Below are positions 1-9,210 of a stretch of 32,000 bases of DNA, piece after piece (position 1 is the first letter of the stretch; each line of letters opens with the position of its first letter). The translations under genes and the position numbers were made by a program. Where the stretch lies: the NCBI RefSeq assembly GCF_018336915.1, contig NZ_CP064923.1:1590001-1622000 (forward strand), written 5' to 3'. The DNA comes from Acaryochloris marina S15 (GTDB lineage Bacteria > Cyanobacteriota > Cyanobacteriia > Thermosynechococcales > Thermosynechococcaceae). Below the pieces are notes generated by a model that worked only from the letters and a program-made list of their open reading frames with translations, had not been told where the DNA came from and searched no databases.

Positions 1-805
1 AGTTTTGGGTATCTATTTCGACCACAACGGGAGCATGATCGCTAGGTTTGGGTAACCGACGAGGGGCTGCATCAATCGTGCAGGCTGTCGCTTGTTCGTA
101 TAGCATTGGCGTTAAATAATGATGGTCAATCCGCCAACCCTTATTTCGTTGAAAAGACCCTGCCCGATAATTCCACCAGCTAAACTGCTCTGACTTGGAG
201 TTGAACTTACGGAAAGCGTCTTCTAACCCGAGCTCCAATACCTTTTGCAAAGCTTGTCGCTCTCGATCTGTAGACATAACATGGGTCTCCCGCTTAGTGG
301 GATCATGCATATCTCGATCGTCTAGGGCAATATTAAAATCACCACAGATCAGAAGATGTTGGGAATCCTGATGCAGCAGCTTTTCAACATAGCGATGTAA
401 TAGGTCCAACCACTCTAATTTGTAGGCATACTTCTCACTGTCAATTTCTGAGCCATTGGGAACATATAAATTCAAAATGCGAATGCCAGGAGAAATGATC
501 CCCGTGATCAGACGTTTTTGCTGGTCATAGTGCTGAGTCAAATCATTGGAACCGAGTAGAGGGGTGAAACCCGTATTTACCTCAGATAGAGCCGTCCGAC
601 TGATTAAAGCTACACCGTTATAAGCTTTTTGTCCCGAAACATATACCTGGTAACCTTCCTCCTCAAAAGAGGCTTTGGGGAAGTCATCATCAATAACCTT
701 CGTTTCCTGTAGACATAAAACATCTATCGATTGGGCATATAACCAATCCAAAACATGCTCCAAGCGTGTTCGGATAGAATTTACATTCCAGCTAGCAATT
801 TTCAT
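1..805 (-). CDS. xth: Exodeoxyribonuclease III (Xth/ExoA AP endonuclease); the 3' end runs off the window
   Basis: Absent from the supplied ORF track because there is no stop inside the window. The reverse complement from ATG (805-803) is open for 268 codons: MKIASWNVNSIRTRLEHVLDWLYAQSIDVLCLQETKVIDDDFP...LLICGDFNIALDDRD...GWRIDHHYLTP...PSDHAPVVVEIDTQN. These are the hallmark ExoIII motifs (SWNVN, CLQETK, GDFN, DHAP). Confidence 0.9.
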   Translation of the reverse strand, partial: MKIASWNVNSIRTRLEHVLDWLYAQSIDVLCLQETKVIDDDFPKASFEEEGYQVYVSGQKAYNGVALISRTALSEVNTGFTPLLGSNDLTQHYDQQKRLITGIISPGIRILNLYVPNGSEIDSEKYAYKLEWLDLLHRYVEKLLHQDSQHLLICGDFNIALDDRDMHDPTKRETHVMSTDRERQALQKVLELGLEDAFRKFNSKSEQFSWWNYRAGSFQRNKGWRIDHHYLTPMLYEQATACTIDAAPRRLPKPSDHAPVVVEIDTQN

Positions 806-1332
806 CACGTTTTTTCTATTCCTGAAACAAAACCCTGAATTATTTTTTTGCGTATTTCCGCACAAACTTATGAGGATTAGTAGCCAAATTGACTATAAGT
901 TTTGCGAATCTATACAAAGATACAGCTAAGTCGACAGTGTATTTTTTGACATTGTTGGCGTGTTGAAGGATTCATTGGGGTACCCTAACGGTTTCCCAGT
1001 TTTTATACTTTGCACTTGTCTGAGAAAGCAAGCTATGTCTTTCATTCATCTGATCCCCAGGCCTCTTTTGAAGCTTTTTATCGGATTTCTCATGTCAAAC
1101 ATAAAGAAAAGATAAATGCAGCTTTAATGGCAGGGGATCACCTAACAGCTTGCTGTTAAAGGTTTTATCGGCTGTCGAATGGTGCAAACCCGAAATCTGA
1201 GAAACCTAATATAAAGAAGGCTAATAACCCACTGCAGAAATCCTTAGCAAAACTAAGGAAATACTTCAAATTCATTAACAAATATTACGAAGTTTTTCTG
1301 TCTATTAAAACTACTGATTTTCAACTCACTCT

Positions 1333-1581
1333 ATGAAAACTTTGAGTTCTCCCACTTTTGCTTGCCGCTATTGTCAACATTACTCCCCAGAGGGAAGACG
1401 AGGCGGACAATGTCAGCAGCTTGGGGCTCCAGTTCGTGGGGAGTGGAAAGCATGTTCTCTAATGATCCCAAGTTTTTCTTCTGCTATAGAGGCTCTCTCA
1501 ATTAATCATCCACAGAAGTCTATTGAGCCCTATCGTTTAGAGACCGCATCCGCTCGTCGAGTTCTAACCCCAACTCTTTAG
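1333..1581 (+). CDS. Small Cys-rich hypothetical protein (82 aa), possible metal-binding CxxC...C...C
   Basis: ORF-track protein MKTLSSPTFACRYCQHYSPEGRRGGQCQQLGAPVRGEWKACSL... has four Cys in the first 42 aa. A perfect hairpin follows at 1674-1700. No function recognised. Confidence 0.45.
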   Translation: MKTLSSPTFACRYCQHYSPEGRRGGQCQQLGAPVRGEWKACSLMIPSFSSAIEALSINHPQKSIEPYRLETASARRVLTPTL

Positions 1582-1673
1582 ATTGCATCTAATGATCGAT
1601 CATCGATGCAGGTTGATAAAACCTTTTCATCCGATCTGAGTCTTCAGATCAATTTAAAAAACTAATTTAGTCT

Positions 1674-1700
1674 CAGGGAGCAAGTATTACTTGCTCCCTG
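1674..1700. terminator. Perfect 12-bp stem / 3-nt loop hairpin between convergent genes (candidate bidirectional terminator)
   Basis: cagggagcaagt-att-acttgctccctg read directly. It lies between the 3' end of the 1333-1581 ORF (+) and the 3' end of menB (-). There is no strong U-tract on either side. Confidence 0.5.
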
Positions 1701-1763
1701 AACTGTATATAAGCCAATAGCATTATGGGATCATGGCCCAGCATGCTCGAAAAAATGACTCCA

Positions 1764-2597
1764 TCAAGGCCGCCAAGGAAACTGTCTAAAATTCGGATCC
1801 CGTTTTTCGAGAAAGGCATTTTTTCCCTCTGCACTTTCCTCATTCATGTAGAACAACAGCGTGGCATTCCCAGCCAACTCTTGAATACCGGCCTGTCCGT
1901 CACAATCTGCATTAAAAGCTGCTTTCAAACAGCGGATTGCCAAAGGACTTTTTTGCAAAATCTCTTGGGCCCATTGAATCCCTTCAGCTTCTAGTTCTGC
2001 GACTGGGACTACCGTATTCACTAATCCCATAGATAAGGCTGCTTGGGCATCGTATTGGCGGCAGAGAAACCATATTTCTCTGGCTTTCTTTTGGCCTACC
2101 ACACGGGCTAAATAGCTGGCTCCAAAACCACCGTCAAAGCTACCCACTTTAGGACCTGTTTGGCCAAAAACAGCATTGTCTGCAGCAATGGATAAATCAC
2201 AGATCAAGTGCAAGACATGCCCGCCGCCAATGGCATATCCTGCCACCAGGGCAATAACGACCTTGGGGATCGAACGAATTAACCGTTGTAGATCTAGAAC
2301 ATTAAGACGTGGGATGCCATCATCTCCAACATAGCCAGCATCTCCTCGAATACTTTGATCCCCACCGGAGCAAAACGCATACTTGCCGTCTGTATGGGGA
2401 CCTGCTCCCGTTAAAAGAATGACGCCAAGGCTTGGGTCTTCCCGAGCATCTATAAAGGCATCATAGAGTTCGAAAATGGTTTGAGGGCGAAAGGCGTTTC
2501 GTTTGTGAGGACGATTAATGGTGATTTTGGCAATGCCGTCAGCTTTGTGATACAGGATATCTTGATAGGATTTGACGGGTTGCCAAGAGAAAGACAT
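1764..2597 (-). CDS. menB: 1,4-dihydroxy-2-naphthoyl-CoA synthase (phylloquinone/menaquinone pathway)
   Basis: 277-aa crotonase-fold protein with MenB-typical sequence: [23 protein letters not shown]...[25 protein letters not shown]...[12 protein letters not shown]...[24 protein letters not shown]. Confidence 0.93.
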   Translation of the reverse strand: MSFSWQPVKSYQDILYHKADGIAKITINRPHKRNAFRPQTIFELYDAFIDAREDPSLGVILLTGAGPHTDGKYAFCSGGDQSIRGDAGYVGDDGIPRLNVLDLQRLIRSIPKVVIALVAGYAIGGGHVLHLICDLSIAADNAVFGQTGPKVGSFDGGFGASYLARVVGQKKAREIWFLCRQYDAQAALSMGLVNTVVPVAELEAEGIQWAQEILQKSPLAIRCLKAAFNADCDGQAGIQELAGNATLLFYMNEESAEGKNAFLEKRDPNFRQFPWRP

Positions 2598-2605
2598 GAC
2601 TTGCG

Positions 2606-3196
2606 TTAATTAGAAACTTCAGCAAACTCTATTACAGCACCTTCGTAGGTCTTAACTAAGAAGTTTAGTGGTTTTTCTCGCCGAATCTTATATTTCACAT
2701 AGCGAGTTTGCACCTTCATCAAAATCTGTTCTAGACAGTCATGATCAAAGCAAACATGACGCTGCCTGTTTTTGTCTCCAATGCTCGCCCCACCAATCAC
2801 ATGCAATTGGACATTTTTTTTGAGTTGATACCAAAATCCATCGGTGCCGCTCAATTGCTGCATGGCTGGTCGGCCAAAATCCGTAGACATATAAAGGGGA
2901 TCTATCCCCGATAAGCCCAGCGTTTGCTCATAGTTGTAATAGTAGTGAAGGGGGACTTCTGCGGTTCGCAACTGCAGCTCTCCTTCAAAAAATTGGCGAG
3001 CTAATTCCAGATCTGACACCATCAGCGTATGCACCTTGGGTGCACTTGACAGGAACATCCACATGGCCCCAGCATAGGCCGCCAAAAGCATCACCATTAC
3101 CCCTTGAGTGGAGAAGAGGCCATCAATCGGTAGAAAAAAACCAGCAACAAGAGGAGTCTGCAGGGGAACAAGGCTGAGATAGATAGGGGAAATCAT
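2606..3196 (-). CDS. Membrane-anchored VOC (glyoxalase/bleomycin-resistance-like) family protein, function unknown
   Basis: Two N-terminal hydrophobic helices precede [22 protein letters not shown] (VOC beta-alpha-beta N-motif pattern) and a second-half [16 protein letters not shown]. Its stop is 8 nt upstream of the menB start on the same strand (likely co-transcribed). The family call is motif-level only. Confidence 0.45.
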   Translation of the reverse strand: MISPIYLSLVPLQTPLVAGFFLPIDGLFSTQGVMVMLLAAYAGAMWMFLSSAPKVHTLMVSDLELARQFFEGELQLRTAEVPLHYYYNYEQTLGLSGIDPLYMSTDFGRPAMQQLSGTDGFWYQLKKNVQLHVIGGASIGDKNRQRHVCFDHDCLEQILMKVQTRYVKYKIRREKPLNFLVKTYEGAVIEFAEVSN

Positions 3197-3362
3197 TCCG
3201 GTTTCTATGAATTTCTATAGGAAAGTAATCGTCAAGCTGAAACAGTACAGACTGCTCTTATACGAGTTGAAGGTAAGTCAATTACATAACGTCTTACTAT
3301 TATAAGAATCCTAGATAGAGAATCGAGGCCAATGTGAGTCATAACTCTATTCTGGAGACCTC

Positions 3363-3884
3363 ATGACTTTAGCCTATTGTTATACGTTGTGCTTAAAGGC
3401 TGTTCTATCAATAGTGACAAAAAAGATTTTGGGTTTAGATCCGGGGTTAGCATCCTTAGGCTTTGGTGTGATCAGCACGGATACAGATAGCATTGGACTC
3501 CTGGACTTTGGAATTATCCAAACACCTGCCAAAACTGATATTGGGCAACGATTGCAGACGATTTACGAGGACTTGCATCAAGTTCTCACCACCCATCAGC
3601 CCGATTTGGTGGCGATAGAAAAACTTTTCTTCTATCGCATGGGCAATACGATTTTAGTGGCCCAAGCTCGTGGGGTCTTATTGCTGGTGCTAGCGCAGCA
3701 TCAGCTTCCCATCATTGAATATACGCCGGCTCAAATTAAGTTGGCTCTAACTGGATATGGCGCTGCAGATAAAGTTGCTGTGCAGGAAGCAGTTGCTAGA
3801 GAACTCTGCTTAGATTGCTTGCCTCGGCCAGACGACGCGGCAGATGCCCTAGCCGTTGCCCTGACTGCATGGTTTCAGCGATAA
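3363..3884 (+). CDS. ruvC: Crossover junction endodeoxyribonuclease RuvC
   Basis: [16 protein letters not shown]...[24 protein letters not shown]...[24 protein letters not shown]...[17 protein letters not shown] 3363 is preceded by GGAGA. In-frame GTG 3414 would give the more canonical N-terminus [11 protein letters not shown], so the start is uncertain. Confidence 0.9.
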   Translation: MTLAYCYTLCLKAVLSIVTKKILGLDPGLASLGFGVISTDTDSIGLLDFGIIQTPAKTDIGQRLQTIYEDLHQVLTTHQPDLVAIEKLFFYRMGNTILVAQARGVLLLVLAQHQLPIIEYTPAQIKLALTGYGAADKVAVQEAVARELCLDCLPRPDDAADALAVALTAWFQR

Positions 3885-4049
3885 GCATCAATATGCGCCG
3901 AAATATGGACTTACCTCCCATATTTAACCAGTCCAACTATAGCCAAAACATCAAAAAAAAATTGATGTTAACTCTAAACTTTTTTTATTTGTAAAGCTCT
4001 AAAGGTACCTAATAATGGGCATCCTGAGTAGGTTGATAAGCCATAGCTG

Positions 4050-4073
4050 CCCCTAGAAAATATTTGCTAGGGG
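4050..4073 (-). terminator. Weak hairpin downstream of lepA stop (candidate terminator)
   Basis: cccctag-aaaatatttg-ctagggg (7-bp stem), 28 nt beyond the lepA stop in a convergent ruvC/lepA spacer. No clear U-tract. Confidence 0.25.
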
Positions 4074-4100
4074 CTTTCCTGATCGGAGAGGAAATTGGAT

Positions 4101-5912
4101 TTATTCATCCGTAATCCGTAGAACAGCCATAAAGGCTTCTTGTGGAACATCAACCCGCCCCACAGATTTCATCCGTTTTTTACCTGCTTTTTGCTTTTCT
4201 AAGAGCTTTCGCTTCCGGGAAACGTCGCCACCGTAGCATTTTGCCAGTACGTCTTTCCTTAGGGCTGGAATGCTCTCACTGGCAATCACCTTAGCCCCAA
4301 TCGCAGCCTGTATCGGAATCTTAAACTGATGTCGTGGAATCAGCTCTCGCAGCTTACTGACTAAAGCGCGTCCTGTGTAATAGGCTTTATCTCGATGAAC
4401 AATGGCGGCTAGAGAGTCAACAGGATCCGTATTGATCAAAATATCCAGCTTGACTAAGGGATTTTCTCGATAGCCAATCAGTTGGTATTCCATGCTGGCA
4501 TACCCCCTTGACCGCGACTTCATTTGGTCGAAAAAGTCAGTAACCACCTCGGCTAGAGGTAACTCATAGACTAAGGTTGTTCGCCCTGGGGTGAGATATT
4601 TCATATCTTTGAAGGTACCCCGGCGACTCTGCCCTAACTCCATTAGGGTGCCGACATACTCTTCCGGCGTAATCATATCCACCTGAACAAACGGTTCTTC
4701 AATTTTCTCGCGACGTTGAGGGTCAGGCAGAGCACTGGGATTATCAATCAGCAAGATTTCGCCTTTAAGGGTGGTCACTCGATAGACCACAGACGGAGCT
4801 GTAATAATCAAATCCAAGTTATATTCTCGCTCCAAGCGCTCTTGCACAATCTCCATATGCAACAGTCCTAGGAATCCACAACGGAACCCAAACCCCATGG
4901 CACTAGAGGTTTCTGGTTCATAGTTTAATGCTGCATCATTGAGTTTGAGACGTTCTAAGGCATCTCGTAAATCTGGAAACTGATCGGCGTCGATGGGAAA
5001 CATCCCGCAAAAGACCATTGGCTTAGCTTCCACATAGCCTGGTAGTGGTTCAGCAGCTTGAGCTTTAGCAAGGGTGATGGTGTCACCGACCCGAGCATCT
5101 TCAACGGCTTTAATTGCAGCGGCAAAGTACCCCACTTCCCCAGCATGCAGTTGTTCAACTTGAACTTGGGTGGGTGACAATACTCCTAATTCATCAATGT
5201 CGTATTCTGTCCCTGATGCCATTAAACGAACGCGGTCGCCTTTTTTGACTGTGCCGTCCATGACCCGAAAGTAAACTACTACACCTCTATATAGATCGTA
5301 GTAACTGTCGAAGATCAATGCGCGCAAGGGGTCTTGGGTTGTATCTTCTGGTGGGGGGACTAAATGGACGATGGATTCCAGAATCTCTTCAATGCCGATG
5401 CCTGTTTTAGCAGATGCCAGAATGGCCCCACTACAGTCTAAGCCAACAATTTCTTCAATCTCTTGCTTCACCCGATCAGGCTCAGCGCCGGGTAAATCAA
5501 TTTTATTAAGGACCGGGATGATTTCTAGATCATGTTCGATGGCGAGATAGACATTGGCTAAAGTTTGCGCTTCTACCCCTTGGGAAGCATCTACCACCAA
5601 CAGGGCACCCTCACAGGCTGCCAAGGAACGAGAGACTTCATAAGAAAAATCGACATGCCCAGGTGTATCAATCAGATTAAGAACATAATCTTCCTGGTCT
5701 GCTGCTTTATGGGCCATGCGGGCCGCTTGCAGCTTAATGGTAATTCCTCGCTCCCGCTCTAGTTCCATATTGTCGAGAAATTGCTCTTTCATCTCTCGAT
5801 CTGCCACGGTGCCAGTGGTTTGTAACAGACGATCCGCTAGAGTCGACTTGCCATGGTCAATGTGGGCAATGATGGAAAAATTTCGAATGCGAGAGACAGG
5901 AACATCAGTCAT
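4101..5912 (-). CDS. lepA: Elongation factor 4 (LepA, ribosomal back-translocase GTPase)
   Basis: 603 aa: [37 protein letters not shown]-motifs and the LepA-specific C-terminal domain (...[22 protein letters not shown]). Confidence 0.97.
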   Translation of the reverse strand: MTDVPVSRIRNFSIIAHIDHGKSTLADRLLQTTGTVADREMKEQFLDNMELERERGITIKLQAARMAHKAADQEDYVLNLIDTPGHVDFSYEVSRSLAACEGALLVVDASQGVEAQTLANVYLAIEHDLEIIPVLNKIDLPGAEPDRVKQEIEEIVGLDCSGAILASAKTGIGIEEILESIVHLVPPPEDTTQDPLRALIFDSYYDLYRGVVVYFRVMDGTVKKGDRVRLMASGTEYDIDELGVLSPTQVQVEQLHAGEVGYFAAAIKAVEDARVGDTITLAKAQAAEPLPGYVEAKPMVFCGMFPIDADQFPDLRDALERLKLNDAALNYEPETSSAMGFGFRCGFLGLLHMEIVQERLEREYNLDLIITAPSVVYRVTTLKGEILLIDNPSALPDPQRREKIEEPFVQVDMITPEEYVGTLMELGQSRRGTFKDMKYLTPGRTTLVYELPLAEVVTDFFDQMKSRSRGYASMEYQLIGYRENPLVKLDILINTDPVDSLAAIVHRDKAYYTGRALVSKLRELIPRHQFKIPIQAAIGAKVIASESIPALRKDVLAKCYGGDVSRKRKLLEKQKAGKKRMKSVGRVDVPQEAFMAVLRITDE

Positions 5913-6481
5913 GGAAATTTGGCCAGTCCTTAGCAGAATAATCGCAGCATCTTATGAATGAATTGTAATCCTTCTTAATCCAGTCCAACGAATACAGCCT
6001 GCCCAAGACCTGGAAATGCATGAAGTGATCCGCCACTATATCCAAGAACCCATTTGTTCTTGAAAATAATGAAATCGTAACATTGAGATTAAGTAATTCT
6101 TAAGAGAAAGTAGGTTGGATTAGGTGTTTAAGAGTCATGCAATATCGTCTTGTTAAGCTTAACAATGCTTGATTTATAAGCGGTATTTGTGGAGCAACAG
6201 TATTAATTGTTTTTTAGATTTGAATAGCAGATTAAGTTTTTTATATGCTTTGTGTAAAGGGGCTATAGCCGAATCCTGTGTAAAAATACTCACTAAATTA
6301 ATCAATCTTCCTCCAAAAATAAATCTCATTTGTGGGCAGATTCTATGGTATGTAGATCAGAGGGAAATATTTTTTGCTTGTTAACAGAAAATAAGACAAT
6401 ATCTATTCACAGCTTTTTCACGATGGTTCTCTAAGATACAAATATGGTTTGCTTTGAGCAATTTTTCAGTGGAGATATTAC

Positions 6482-6817
6482 ATGAGCTTTCATGCCCTTC
6501 AAGTCACATTGCGTAAATTGACTCAAAAAAGTCGCTCATACCCTTACCAATGTCTTGCAGCGGGACGAAAGTGGCATCAATATCTTTGGAGAGATCTCAA
6601 TAATCAATTTGTGCTAGAGGCCTCGCCAGATCAGAGCCTTTATTACATGACGACCCAAAGGGATGGTGTAAAACCTGGAGACTATATCGAGATCTCTGGT
6701 TTAGGTAGCTCTAGTCATTATCAGATTATTCAACTAGAGCGTTATTGCGATCCACCTGACATGTGGATGGCTACATTACGGAAACTGACTCTTAACTTTG
6801 GATATAGTCAGGCATAG
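6482..6817 (+). CDS. Hypothetical protein (111 aa)
   Basis: Clean ORF after a 570-bp AT-rich spacer. Composition is normal for coding sequence. No domain recognised. Confidence 0.4.
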   Translation: MSFHALQVTLRKLTQKSRSYPYQCLAAGRKWHQYLWRDLNNQFVLEASPDQSLYYMTTQRDGVKPGDYIEISGLGSSSHYQIIQLERYCDPPDMWMATLRKLTLNFGYSQA

Positions 6818-6970
6818 AATAATTTTCATGGATTCGAGAGAATATACTTAGAATAGGGATGGCCCATTTGATGGGATTGCCTCTCTATATATGGTGACTG
6901 TCTTGACCCAATGCTGGTGTAGATAGCGTTTTAGAAGAGAGCATTCTTCGCCGTTCATGTCATTGGCAGT

Positions 6971-8956
6971 ATGTCCTTCGTCTCTTTTAGATTCTGTCTG
7001 CTTTTTACCGTTGCCAGTTCTCTGGTGAGTGGGGCTACGGATGGGGTAGCGATTGAGCAGGTTGAATGGTTGCCTGTATCATCAGAAGCTTCAGATATAA
7101 GATCGCTTCAACCACCAAAATCTAGCCATTTATCTGCTGCGCCCCTGAGTCAAACGGATAGCTCAGCCTCGACTTTAGCTGTTGCCCAGGCCAATCGTGA
7201 TCTATCTCAGTCTGAAGAGACAGCCGATGCTCCTCCGGAACCATCAGTGTCTGAGGCAGAGGCCACATCTGTTCCGGTAGATACGAATCCTGGAAAAGAT
7301 GAGACAGATGAACTGTCCCAATCTAAAGATGCTGATGGTGTTGATGATCAAGCATCACAGTCTCCGGAGGAAAAAGCTAGGCAAAAGTTGCTGATAGAGG
7401 CTGATCAGCTATATCAATCGGGTCAAATTAAAGCTGCTTCCGCCCTCTATCAGCAAGCGAAACGCCCATTCTCGGATAGTGCTACAGCGAAACCTCTGGC
7501 TGAGCCGATGCAGGATTCAGCTCAATTATCGCCGGGTGGGCGAGTGTATTGGCGAGAAGCCAAAGCAGGATCTGAGCTTAATCTAAAAACGAGAATTTTT
7601 GTGCCCTTGAGATTGCTGGTGAAGGAGTATCCCGAATTTGTGCCGGGACATCTACGGCTGGCAGAAGAACTTGTGGCGGATGGAAAAGTGGATGAGGCTT
7701 TAGCGGTGATGGCGCGGGCTGCTGCATTGTATCCTAATCAGCCTGAGCTGCAAAAAGGGCTCATGCAACAACAAACTCAGGTTAAACAATGGTTAGAGGC
7801 TTCGATCACAGCCCGCCAATTTGCATTGTTGAATCCAGATCATCCTGAAGCTCCGGAGTTTGCACGTTTATCGGAGGAATATCAGGATCGCTTCCGAGCC
7901 CGCTTGCGCACCCAGATTACCAATAATACGATTGGTAGTTTTATTACGGGAGCGTTGGGGATTGCGATTACGGGGAGTCCTATACCTGGCTTGTCCGCTT
8001 TGCAGACTTCCATTTTGCTATTGCGCGGGGAGACGGCAGTGGGAGATGCGATCGCAAATCGAGCCAAGGACCAACTCCCCCTCATAGAGGATCCAGGAGT
8101 CCAAGATTACGTGGATCGGATTGCCCAAAAACTAACGCCGATAGCAGGGCGGGAGTTTAACTACCAGTTCTATGTGGTCAATAACGAAAAGCTCAATGCC
8201 TTCGCATTGCCTGGGGGAAAAATCTTTATTAATGGGGGAGCCATCCTCAAAAGTAACTCTGAAGCGGAGTTAGCGGGATTGATTGCCCATGAACTGTCCC
8301 ATGCAGTCCTCTCCCATGGATTTCAGATTGCGACGGAGAGTGCTGAGGCGGGTGGACTAACTCGATTAATCCCTTATGTGGGCGGTTTATTTACGAGTCT
8401 AGTGGTGGCTGACTATAGTCGAGAGATGGAACGGCAAGCTGATGTTTTGGGCACTCGTCTTTTAGCGTCTGCGAACTATGCTGCGGATGGCCTTCGTAAT
8501 TTGATGGTGACTTTGAGTAAGGAAGATAAACCCTTTGTTGCCCCGTGGTTTTCGTCTCATCCTGGCAGTGTAGAGCGGGTTCAATATCTCGAAACTCTCA
8601 TTACGGACAATGGCTATAATCGCTATGCCTATGAAGGCATTGAAGAGCATCAGCGAATTCAAGAGCTGGTGCGAGCCGAACTAAAAAAAGCGAAGGAGGA
8701 GGAAGAGCAATCTGAAGACTCCTCGGAGCAATCTGAGAGCGATACCAATCCAACCAAAAACGATACCAACTCTGATACGGAATCTCAGTCCTCTTCTACT
8801 TCTCCGTCAGAAAAAGTTCCATCGATAGAAGAATCACAAACTAATCTTGAAGAGAATACACCTAAATTATCTGCAGAAGAGCAAACCTCTGATTCTGCTT
8901 TACCAAACCAACCCGCAACGACTGACCCATCAGAGCGAAAGAACGAACCGAATTGA
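6971..8956 (+). CDS. Secreted M48-family zinc metalloprotease with TPR-like region and acidic low-complexity tails
   Basis: N-terminal signal peptide. HELSH (HEXXH, codons 440-444, nt 8288-8302), downstream EMERQADVLG and SSHPGSVERV typical of M48/BepA-like peptidases. A helical TPR-like segment precedes the protease domain. S/E/D/T-rich disordered stretches lie at aa ~40-135 and ~590-661. Confidence 0.85.
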   Translation: MSFVSFRFCLLFTVASSLVSGATDGVAIEQVEWLPVSSEASDIRSLQPPKSSHLSAAPLSQTDSSASTLAVAQANRDLSQSEETADAPPEPSVSEAEATSVPVDTNPGKDETDELSQSKDADGVDDQASQSPEEKARQKLLIEADQLYQSGQIKAASALYQQAKRPFSDSATAKPLAEPMQDSAQLSPGGRVYWREAKAGSELNLKTRIFVPLRLLVKEYPEFVPGHLRLAEELVADGKVDEALAVMARAAALYPNQPELQKGLMQQQTQVKQWLEASITARQFALLNPDHPEAPEFARLSEEYQDRFRARLRTQITNNTIGSFITGALGIAITGSPIPGLSALQTSILLLRGETAVGDAIANRAKDQLPLIEDPGVQDYVDRIAQKLTPIAGREFNYQFYVVNNEKLNAFALPGGKIFINGGAILKSNSEAELAGLIAHELSHAVLSHGFQIATESAEAGGLTRLIPYVGGLFTSLVVADYSREMERQADVLGTRLLASANYAADGLRNLMVTLSKEDKPFVAPWFSSHPGSVERVQYLETLITDNGYNRYAYEGIEEHQRIQELVRAELKKAKEEEEQSEDSSEQSESDTNPTKNDTNSDTESQSSSTSPSEKVPSIEESQTNLEENTPKLSAEEQTSDSALPNQPATTDPSERKNEPN

Positions 8957-9002
8957 ATTAACATAAATTGAAACTGCAAATCAGCAGTAACCGAGGGGAA
9001 GC

Positions 9003-9161
9003 ATGCCTGCCGTTGTTTTTATTGTTCTATTGGCAATTAGTATTCAAATCACCAAAATGATGCTGTTTTGGCCCATTGATGCTTTCCATGCTTTGAGTAT
9101 TCCCAAGCTGTTAACTATGGGGCTGATCTTGGGACTATTTTCCTGGTTGTTTGGAGAATAG
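9003..9161 (+). CDS. Small hydrophobic protein (52 aa, two predicted TM helices), below the ORF-track length cut-off
   Basis: ATG at 9003 is preceded by GAGGGGAAGC. Translation: MPAVVFIVLLAISIQITKMMLFWPIDAFHALSIPKLLTMGLILGLFSWLFGE*. It fills the otherwise empty 254-bp gap between the M48 and TPR genes. Confidence 0.35.
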   Translation: MPAVVFIVLLAISIQITKMMLFWPIDAFHALSIPKLLTMGLILGLFSWLFGE

Positions 9162-9210
9162 CAACAAGCTTAGTTTAATGCACAATTACAACAGCTAATA
9201 CAAAAATAAT

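Noticed and set aside
675-929. 84-aa + strand ORF at the xth 5' end
   Set aside because: It is mostly antisense to the clearly recognisable xth coding sequence. The remainder is AT-rich promoter DNA.
880-1332. Possible ncRNA (6S, RNase P, tmRNA, riboswitch) in this and the other long spacers (5913-6481, 19985-20299, 30271-30516)
   Set aside because: I could not find any of the conserved signature motifs I know for these RNAs, only short 5-7-bp hairpins. That is insufficient to call.
1725-1994. 89-aa + ORF overlapping the menB 3' end
   Set aside because: Antisense to the well-supported menB gene.
4955-5961. ORFs 4955-5158 (-), 5565-5762 (+) and 5716-5961 (+) within or overlapping lepA
   Set aside because: They are nested in or antisense to an unambiguous, full-length LepA CDS.
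6169-6384. 71-aa ORF in the AT-rich lepA upstream spacer
   Set aside because: The composition is extremely AT-rich, the translation is low-complexity (I/L/N/K/F), and there are no motifs. It is likely non-coding promoter DNA.
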